A stretch of DNA of 24,000 bases. Origin: Morganella morganii (GTDB lineage: Bacteria; Pseudomonadota; Gammaproteobacteria; Enterobacterales; Enterobacteriaceae). Where the stretch lies: the NCBI RefSeq assembly GCF_019243775.1, contig NZ_CP069157.1:2467418-2491417 (forward strand), written 5' to 3'. Position 1 is the stretch's first letter. Every line of letters begins with the position of its first letter. Both the position numbers and the translations under genes were made by a program. Under the pieces are notes generated by a model. The model was not told the origin of the DNA. It was given only the letters and a program-made list of their open reading frames with translations, and searched no databases. Shown one piece after another: positions 17,279-24,000 of this stretch.

Positions 17279-19333
17279 TCAGGGCTTTTTCACCCGGCTG
17301 ACGCCCATATCCGCCAGTTCTTCCGCGAAGCAGGACGGCGAGTCTTTGTCATACAGCAACCAGACCTGTTTTTTTGCCCGGGTCAGCGCCACATACATCA
17401 GGCGACGCTCCTCGGCATGTATAAACTCCTCTTCCCGCGGCAGTAATCCCTGCTCAATCACCGATTCCCGTGCTGCAGCCGGGAAACCGTCCCGTTCATC
17501 CGTCAGTCCGGTAATAATGACGTAATCCGCCTGCTGACCTTTCGAGGCATGCATGGTCATAAAACGGATATTGAGATGCGGCCAGCGGGTTGCTGCCACC
17601 GACAGAATCTCCGGTTTAAGGTGGTGATAACGCGCCAGGATCAGAACCGTTTCTTCTCCGGTCACATAACCGCTCATTTTATTCAGTAATGCTTCCAGCT
17701 GACTGTCCGGCAGTAACAGCACCGCTTTTTTATCCCCTTTCGTCAGGCTGTTCAGGGGTTTGGTTAACTGCTGCGGGTTACGCTGAATAAATTCGTTGGC
17801 GATCTCCCCGATACGGCTGTTAAAGCGGTATGTGGTATCCAGCGCACACTGTCCCCCTTCGCCGAAGACCGCGCTGAAATCCGTGGTCAGTGTCAGTTCC
17901 GCACCACTGAAACGGTAAATAGCCTGCCAGTCATCACCGACAGCAAATAGTGTGGTCTGCGGGTTCTGGGCCCGCAGGGCATGGATCAGTTTTGCCCGCA
18001 GCGGTGAGATATCCTGGAACTCATCCACCAGCACCGCTTTCCACGGCGAGATAAAGCGCCCTTTTTCAATCAGATTCACCGCCTGATGGATAAGCCCGGA
18101 GAAATCTGTCGCCCCCTCGTCTTTCAGGGCACTTTTCCAGGCTTTTAAAAACGGCGCCATCAGTTTGATTTGTTTTGTGAATTCCGGTACAATATCCGGC
18201 GGTGCGGACTCAATCATCACTTTCTGACTACCGCCGTTCATGCGCATCAGGCTCAGCCAGCGGTCAATCCTCGGCACCATGCGGCGGCACAGGGTTTCAT
18301 CTTCCCAGTATTCCTCCTCATCCACCAGCCAGTTCATACTGCCGCTGATAAGTTCGCGCCAGCCTTTTGCCTGTGCTTTTTTCTCACGGCACTGAGTCTG
18401 CCAGACGGATTTAATCAGTTCATGACGGGCGGCTGTGTCACTTTCCAGCGCACTGATAACCGGCGATTTATTGGATGCTTCGCGGATAATATGCAGTGCG
18501 AGGGCGTGAAAGGTTTTACTGCGGATCTCTTCTGTGTGCAGACAGGTGCGGATCCGTTCATTCATCTCATCCGCCGCCTGCCGCCCGAAGGCGAGCATCA
18601 GGATCTGCTCCGGCAGCGCCTGCTGACGGCGCAGCAGCCAGCCTGCCCGTGCCACCAGCACCGATGTTTTACCGCTTCCGGCTCCCGCCAGTACCAGCAC
18701 GGAAGGCTCACCATTAACCACCGCCTCACTCTGCGAAGTATTCAGCGGGGAGGATTCCACACTGGCAAAGAAATCCACGTAGGTTTCAAGGCATTGTTGT
18801 GTCCATTCGCGGTTGCGCTGACGGCGTTTTTCATCGGTGTGGCTGAGCCAGTCCAGACAAAACTGATAAGACTGTGCACAATTATCAAAACCGGCCAGAC
18901 GCGCACGGGGCAGCGGCAGTGCCGCAAAGGCGTGCAGAATGTTGTCACGGAGTTTCTGACTTTCCGGTTGTGTCAGCCAGCGGTCGGCCTGAATCACCGA
19001 CTTAATTTCACTGACCTGTTTATCCAGCACACCCGCGCTGACCACGCTCATCTCTTCACTCCAGCGTGACCAGATATCGGTAAGATACTGATAGAATTCC
19101 TGAGTTTCCTGCCACTGGGTACCGTGCAGACGCACAACCTGCTCATCCGGCAGTTCAAATTCCAGTTCGCCCCAGACGATACCGCGTTTACATTGAATAT
19201 TGATTAACTCATTGAAAGGAATAACATACCGGTGTTTTGCCCCGCTGACTTCGATACCTGCGTTGAGTAACCGCACGCGGTTGTAAGGATGCCGGGCCAG
19301 TGTCTGCCCCATTTGTGTTGATTTTAATTCCAT
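17279..19333 (-). CDS. helD: DNA helicase IV (UvrD/Rep superfamily)
   Basis: 684 aa with SVLVLAGAGSGKTSVLVARAGWLL, VLVDEFQDISPLRAKLI, AVGDDWQAIYRFSGA, LMYVALTRAKKQVWLL. Confidence 0.96.
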   Translation of the reverse strand: MELKSTQMGQTLARHPYNRVRLLNAGIEVSGAKHRYVIPFNELINIQCKRGIVWGELEFELPDEQVVRLHGTQWQETQEFYQYLTDIWSRWSEEMSVVSAGVLDKQVSEIKSVIQADRWLTQPESQKLRDNILHAFAALPLPRARLAGFDNCAQSYQFCLDWLSHTDEKRRQRNREWTQQCLETYVDFFASVESSPLNTSQSEAVVNGEPSVLVLAGAGSGKTSVLVARAGWLLRRQQALPEQILMLAFGRQAADEMNERIRTCLHTEEIRSKTFHALALHIIREASNKSPVISALESDTAARHELIKSVWQTQCREKKAQAKGWRELISGSMNWLVDEEEYWEDETLCRRMVPRIDRWLSLMRMNGGSQKVMIESAPPDIVPEFTKQIKLMAPFLKAWKSALKDEGATDFSGLIHQAVNLIEKGRFISPWKAVLVDEFQDISPLRAKLIHALRAQNPQTTLFAVGDDWQAIYRFSGAELTLTTDFSAVFGEGGQCALDTTYRFNSRIGEIANEFIQRNPQQLTKPLNSLTKGDKKAVLLLPDSQLEALLNKMSGYVTGEETVLILARYHHLKPEILSVAATRWPHLNIRFMTMHASKGQQADYVIITGLTDERDGFPAAARESVIEQGLLPREEEFIHAEERRLMYVALTRAKKQVWLLYDKDSPSCFAEELADMGVSRVKKP

Positions 19334-19489
19334 GTGTTCCGCACCGTTACAAGATTGAAATCAATATGTGATAAAACCAGATGTGGTAAAACGTATGCCA
19401 GCGCCATACCATTGCCATATTACAGGAAAGACACAATTAGTTTACTGCCAAATTCCCGTTAAGGGTATTTCTGACTCATTGAGGTTATT

Positions 19490-21706
19490 GTGCTTGCAGC
19501 GTTTCTCGGCTTCAGCCGGTATATTTATAACAGCCATTTTCTTTATTATTTCCGCATCCTGATTGCGCTGACAGGTACCACGCTGGTGCCGTGGCTGCTG
19601 CACATGTCGCCGAAAGTCACCATTGCCCTGACACTCGGGATGGTAGCCGCCGCACTGACAGACCTGGATGACCGGCTCGCCGGGCGTCTGCGTAATCTGT
19701 TTATCACGCTGATCTCTTTCTTTGTCGCGTCTGCGGCTATTGAACTGCTGTATGACCACCACCTCCTGTTTATGGCAGGACTTGCGGTATCAACCAGCGG
19801 GTTTATTCTGCTGGGTGCGCTCGGGCAGCGTTACGCCACCATTGCTTTCGGGGCACTGCTGATCGCGATTTACACCATGCTGGGTAAAAACCTGTTTGAT
19901 GACTGGTATCAGCAACCGCTGTTACTGCTGACCGGTGCGGTCTGGTATAACCTGCTGACCCTGACCGGGCACCTGTTTTTCCCTGTCCGTCCGCTGCAGG
20001 ATAATCTTGCCCGCTATTATATGCAGCTCTCCAATTATCTGGAGGCAAAAGCAAACCTGTTTGACCCGGATATAGAAGAAGATTATCAGCAGTCCGTCTT
20101 TGAACTGGCGATGGCGAACAGCGCACTGACGGAAGCCATGCATCAGGCAAAAATGACCCTGTTTTCCCGCCTGAAAGGTGACCGCGGCCAGCGCAGTACC
20201 CGCCATGCCCTTCATTATTACTTTGTTGCCCAGGATATTCACGAGCGGGCGAGTTCGTCTCATATCCAGTATCAGAATTTAAGCAATGAACTGCGTTACA
20301 GCGATATTATGTTCCGCTTTCAGCGGCTGATGACCATGCAGGGACATGCCTGCGCCGCTGTTGCGCAGGCCATTTTGCAGCGCCGCAAATATCACCATAA
20401 CCCGCGTTTTGAGCGGACATTTTCTTATCTGGAAAACTCCCTCAACCTGCTGGAGCAGCAAAAGCCCGGTAACAGCAGTGTCATGGCTCTGCGCCATCTG
20501 CTGACCAACCTGCGCGGTGTCGATTCCCAGCTTAAAGGACTGACCGCAGAGCAGACTCAGCTTCCGGCGGAAAAGATGCAGGAAGATGCACGCCTGTCCA
20601 ACGAAAACCTGCAGGGACTGCGTGATATCTGGGCGCGGGTCAGGCAGAACCTGACACCACGCTCCGCCCTGTTCCGCCATGCTATCCGGATGTCGCTGCT
20701 GCTGTGTGCCGGTTACGCCATTATCCTGACCTTCGATCTGACCCGCGGTTACTGGATTATGCTGACCAGCCTGTTTGTCTGCCAGCCGAACTACAGTGCC
20801 ACACGACGCCGCCTGATGCTGCGCATAGTGGGGACTCTCGCCGGGATCCTTATCGGCCTGCCGATCATGTATTTTGTGCCGTCTTATGAGGGACAGCTTA
20901 TTCTGATGGTACTGTCCGGGCTGATGTTCTTTGTGTTCCGCACCAGTCAGTACGCCCAGGCCACTATTTTTATTACCCTGCTGGTGCTGTTCAGTTTTAA
21001 CCTGCTGGGTGAAGGGTTTGATATCGCCATCCACCGCATCATCGATACCCTGATCGGCTGCGGACTCGCCTGGTTTGCTGTCAGCTATATCTGGCCGGAC
21101 TGGAAATACCGCCAGCTGCCGCTGGTGATTGACCGCACCATGCAGGCAAACGGCCGTTATCTGGAACAAATCCTGCAACAGTATTACAACGGTAAAACTG
21201 ACAGCCTGGAGTACCGGGTTGCCCGTCGTGATGCGCATATCAGCGACGGGGAGTTTGCCTCTGTGGTAGCGAACATATCCTCAGAGCCGAGCAGTTACCG
21301 TACATCTCAGGATGAGGCGTTCCGCCTGCTCTGTCTCAACCACACCCTGCTCAGTTATATTTCCGCGCTCGGGGCTCACCGCACCAAGCTCACGGATGAC
21401 ACTATTCTGCGTCTGCTGAATGATGCCATCCGCTATATCGAGATCGCACTGCAAAAAGGACATCGGGAAGATTTGCAGATTCAGGCTATTTCAGATGCGC
21501 TCGCACAGCGTCTGGATAAATGTACCTGTGACAATAATAGTACCGAGCAGCTGGTGCTGGAACAGATTCGCCTGTTACTCAGCCTGACACCGGACATTAC
21601 CGGGCTTATCCGGCAGATCAATGATAAAGAGCATAATCTGCAGCCTTCCGCCGGGCGGTTCCGCCGCAAAAAACAGACTGCGGCGGAAGAAACACCGGAC
21701 AGCTGA
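19490..21706 (+). CDS. yccS: YccS-like inner membrane protein (FUSC family)
   Basis: 738 aa with N-terminal TM block, FRHAIRMSLLLCAGYAIILTFDLTRGYWIMLTSLFVCQPNYSATRRRLMLRIVGTLAGILIGLP; GTG start. Confidence 0.93.
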   Translation: MLAAFLGFSRYIYNSHFLYYFRILIALTGTTLVPWLLHMSPKVTIALTLGMVAAALTDLDDRLAGRLRNLFITLISFFVASAAIELLYDHHLLFMAGLAVSTSGFILLGALGQRYATIAFGALLIAIYTMLGKNLFDDWYQQPLLLLTGAVWYNLLTLTGHLFFPVRPLQDNLARYYMQLSNYLEAKANLFDPDIEEDYQQSVFELAMANSALTEAMHQAKMTLFSRLKGDRGQRSTRHALHYYFVAQDIHERASSSHIQYQNLSNELRYSDIMFRFQRLMTMQGHACAAVAQAILQRRKYHHNPRFERTFSYLENSLNLLEQQKPGNSSVMALRHLLTNLRGVDSQLKGLTAEQTQLPAEKMQEDARLSNENLQGLRDIWARVRQNLTPRSALFRHAIRMSLLLCAGYAIILTFDLTRGYWIMLTSLFVCQPNYSATRRRLMLRIVGTLAGILIGLPIMYFVPSYEGQLILMVLSGLMFFVFRTSQYAQATIFITLLVLFSFNLLGEGFDIAIHRIIDTLIGCGLAWFAVSYIWPDWKYRQLPLVIDRTMQANGRYLEQILQQYYNGKTDSLEYRVARRDAHISDGEFASVVANISSEPSSYRTSQDEAFRLLCLNHTLLSYISALGAHRTKLTDDTILRLLNDAIRYIEIALQKGHREDLQIQAISDALAQRLDKCTCDNNSTEQLVLEQIRLLLSLTPDITGLIRQINDKEHNLQPSAGRFRRKKQTAAEETPDS

Positions 21707-21712
21707 TGTCTT

Positions 21713-21735
21713 CCCGGGGAAAACATTTCCCCGGG
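21713..21735. terminator. Hairpin between convergent yccS and tfoX (no T-tract)
   Basis: Perfect 10-bp stem CCCGGGGAAA-ACA-TTTCCCCGGG, just after the yccS stop. Confidence 0.55.
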
Positions 21736-21748
21736 ATACCTGCGCCGT

Positions 21749-22360
21749 TTAGTTCAGCCGGCCATGCCAATGGATAAGATCCTCCCGCAGTGCTTTCGGT
21801 AATACCGCACTGTGGCACCCCTCAATGGCTCCCGCGATGGCAAACAGTAATTTCAGCTCATTCTGCGGCCGGGCTTTGACCTTCAGAAAGCTCGCTTTGG
21901 CACCCAGCAAATAGAGGTCATCCACCCGGCGGATCCCCGCCTGCCATAAGCGGCGTTCCAGAGCTCTGTCCACATTCGGCAGATCTTTAATCCGCGACGG
22001 CAGTTGCTGCTGTGACTGTGCATGTTCCCGTGCATGCAGGTAGGTCTGGTAAAAAAGGAACTCACTCTGCTGAGGGCACTGCCATACCGCGTCCGGAACA
22101 CGGTAATAGTTAATCCGCATCGGCAGGATCCGCTTGGGATAAGTAAACCGGTCACTCAGTTCCAGCCGGCAGAACAGCTCGCGGGTGGCCTCTGTGCTTT
22201 TCAGCCAGAGCTGACTGTTGGCTATCAGTGCGAAAGTGACCCGGTCAATGGATAATCCCATACACCCGAACTGTGATTTCAGGCGGATCCGGCCGAACGG
22301 CTGTGTGCTGTGTTGAAGACGATCAAACTGAACATCTGACAATTTCAAATAATCCTTCAT
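21749..22360 (-). CDS. sxy: TfoX/Sxy family competence/DNA transformation regulator
   Basis: 203 aa with PFGRIRLKSQFGCMGLSIDRVTFALIANSQLWLK and LPNVDRALERRLWQAGIRRVDDLYLLGAKASFLKVK; two-domain TfoX, adjacent to sulA and yccS as in related genomes. Confidence 0.9.
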   Translation of the reverse strand: MKDYLKLSDVQFDRLQHSTQPFGRIRLKSQFGCMGLSIDRVTFALIANSQLWLKSTEATRELFCRLELSDRFTYPKRILPMRINYYRVPDAVWQCPQQSEFLFYQTYLHAREHAQSQQQLPSRIKDLPNVDRALERRLWQAGIRRVDDLYLLGAKASFLKVKARPQNELKLLFAIAGAIEGCHSAVLPKALREDLIHWHGRLN

Positions 22361-22545
22361 ATTATCAGTCCTTTGAAAGCAGGTTAAACGTATCGTTGTG
22401 TCATTCCCTGACTGAGCTCAGCTGTCGCCACAAAATAAGGAATGTTTCCCCGATTGCCAACGATAAATTCGTATTTGTATCCGGCAAACCTGAATTTTGC
22501 GAGTTGTATGGAAAAAATTTACTTGATCTGAGCGGAATTGGATTA

Positions 22546-22565
22546 TACTGTACACATATACAGCA
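22546..22565 (+). promoter_or_regulatory. LexA-binding SOS box upstream of sulA
   Basis: TACTGTACACATATACAGCA, with perfect CTGT-N8-ACAG core (22548-22563), 20 bp before the sulA ATG. Confidence 0.93.
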
Positions 22566-22584
22566 TCACTATGTGAGGTTAACT

Positions 22585-23091
22585 ATGCGCCAGCAGGCAA
22601 CCCGGGAATACGTCCCTGTTACACCGGCATCTGTGTCACCCGCCCTTGCGGGGGAACGCCGTCTGAACGGAATGGTCAGCGAACTGGTTTATCGCAATAA
22701 TGATATCGTCCTGACCCACATTCTGCTTCCTTTATTACGTCAGCTTGCCGGGGAGTCCCGCTGGCTGTTATGGCTCTCTCCGGGTGCAAAACTTAACCGC
22801 ACCTGGTTATCGCAGAATCAGCTGCCGGGTGATAAAATCATGCAGTTGTCCCGCATCCCGGCAATCAACAGTGTTGCCGCTATGGAGAAAGCACTCGCCA
22901 GCGGTAACTACAGTGTGGTTCTGGGCTGGCTGCCGGTACTGACTGAGCAGGAAAATGCCCGGTTACAGCGCGCTGCGGAACAGGGCAGCTGCCTCGGTTT
23001 TATTATGCGTCCGCAGGAATGGCATCATGACAGTGCACCTGTTGCACGACAACTGAATACATTACAAATTCACTCTTTCCCTTATCATTAA
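22585..23091 (+). CDS. sulA: Cell division inhibitor SulA
   Basis: MRQQATREYVPVTP...SELVYRNNDIVLTHILLPLLRQLAGESRWLLWLSPGAKLNRTWLSQNQLPGDKIMQLSRIP...ALASGNYSVVLGWLP; SOS box and position next to ompA. The ORF track start at 22273 is upstream of the SOS box. Confidence 0.95.
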   Translation: MRQQATREYVPVTPASVSPALAGERRLNGMVSELVYRNNDIVLTHILLPLLRQLAGESRWLLWLSPGAKLNRTWLSQNQLPGDKIMQLSRIPAINSVAAMEKALASGNYSVVLGWLPVLTEQENARLQRAAEQGSCLGFIMRPQEWHHDSAPVARQLNTLQIHSFPYH

Positions 23092-23439
23092 GGAAAATTA
23101 AGAATATTCTCAGAGTTTTTTACATGCCCGTATCATTTGCTCTGCTTGGTTAATAAAATTACACTATTTCAACGTGTTAAGCCAAATATCCAAAGAAATT
23201 GACTATTTTGTATGTTTATGAATCAGTACAGTTTTTTACATTTTTTTAGTCGAATTCCACAGGACAGGCTTGTAACTTTTATAGTTCGCTGTAGACTTTA
23301 CACCGTTAAGGTAGTGCTTAAAATTCCCTGTTGGGAGCTATTTACTAAATAGCGCACATAATCCCTGACTATTTTTAAAAACCAAAGGCGATAATAAGGC
23401 ATTAAGCCAGAGCCAATTTGGATGATAACGAGGCGTAAA

Positions 23440-24000
23440 ATGAAAAAGACAGCTATCGCAGTAGCAGTGGCAGTGGCAGCTTTCGCAAGCGTTGCGCAGG
23501 CAGCTCCAAAAGACAATACCTGGTATACCGGTGGTAAATTAGGTTGGTCTCAGTATCAGAACACCGGTACTGGTTTTGACGGTGAAAGCTTAGGCAACAC
23601 TGGTCCGGTTCATAAAGATCAGCTCGGCGCTGGTATCTATGCTGGTTATCAGCACAACCAGTACATGGGCTTTGAATTAGGTTATGACTGGTTAGGTCGT
23701 ATGCCTTACAAAGGCGACGGTAACAACGGCGCATTCAAAGCACAGGGCGTTCAGCTGACTACCAAACTGAGCTATCCGGTAATGGATGACTTAGACGTTT
23801 ATACCCGTCTGGGTGCAATGGTATGGCGTGCAGACGCAACCGCATCTATCGATGGTGAGCGCGTTAAAGGCAACGACACTGGTGTTTCTCCGCTGTTCGC
23901 ACTGGGTACTGAGTATGCAATCACCCGTGATATCGCAGCTCGCGTAGAATATCAGTGGATCAACAACATCGGCGATAAAGAAACCACTATGGCACGTCCT
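23440..24000 (+). CDS. ompA: Outer membrane protein A (partial, 3' end beyond window)
   Basis: [40 protein letters not shown]...[33 protein letters not shown]...[10 protein letters not shown]; missed by the ORF track because it is truncated at the window edge. Confidence 0.98.
   Translation, partial: MKKTAIAVAVAVAAFASVAQAAPKDNTWYTGGKLGWSQYQNTGTGFDGESLGNTGPVHKDQLGAGIYAGYQHNQYMGFELGYDWLGRMPYKGDGNNGAFKAQGVQLTTKLSYPVMDDLDVYTRLGAMVWRADATASIDGERVKGNDTGVSPLFALGTEYAITRDIAARVEYQWINNIGDKETTMARP

Noticed and set aside
18170-19069. 299-aa plus-strand ORF antisense to helD
   Set aside because: Long antisense frames are expected in GC-rich coding sequence. The product is rich in His/Pro/Gln/Arg, has no recognisable motif, and helD is strongly supported.
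20279-21238. 319-aa minus-strand ORF antisense to yccS
   Set aside because: It is low-complexity, Gln/His-rich antisense translation of a well-supported membrane protein gene.
22273-22584. N-terminal extension of the sulA ORF
   Set aside because: It runs over the LexA box and divergent sxy start region. The real SulA starts at 22585.
1-24000. CRISPR arrays, transposases, phage or defence genes
   Set aside because: No regularly spaced repeats and no recognisable mobile-element or defence proteins were seen among the ORFs.

Overview
The window is a 24 kb chromosomal segment from a gammaproteobacterium of the Enterobacterales. The ompA-sulA-sxy-yccS-helD-mgsA-yccU-hspQ-yccX-tusE-tRNA-Ser order is typical of that group, and the rest looks Morganella/Proteus/Providencia-like (taxon inferred). 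From left to right: (1) a chaperone-usher fimbrial operon on the minus strand, with an MrpJ-like HTH regulator as its first gene, two pilin subunits, a chaperone, an usher and an edge-truncated tip/adhesin gene missed by the ORF track. (2) A long AT-rich intergenic region with several short perfect palindromes. (3) A YeaR/TehB-like DUF1971 cupin gene followed by an unknown small ORF, with an 11-9-11 inverted repeat overlapping the likely promoter. (4) A small GNAT gene, a nucleoside-recognition/Gate membrane protein gene and a DUF554 gene. (5) A MerR-family remnant with an internal deletion and an apparently intact overspaced promoter. (6) yedF-yedE and an fdhF-like formate dehydrogenase with Cys (TGT) instead of Sec at the catalytic position, preceded by a sigma54 -24/-12 promoter and an FhlA-box-like sequence. 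(7) A small lipoprotein, tRNA-Ser(TGA) and the conserved housekeeping block ending in ompA. There is no CRISPR array, transposase, phage or obvious defence island. The most interesting items are the Cys-type FdhF with selenium-associated neighbours, the MerR remnant, and the cupin/unknown-ORF pair with its putative operator. I see no convincing novel multi-gene system.
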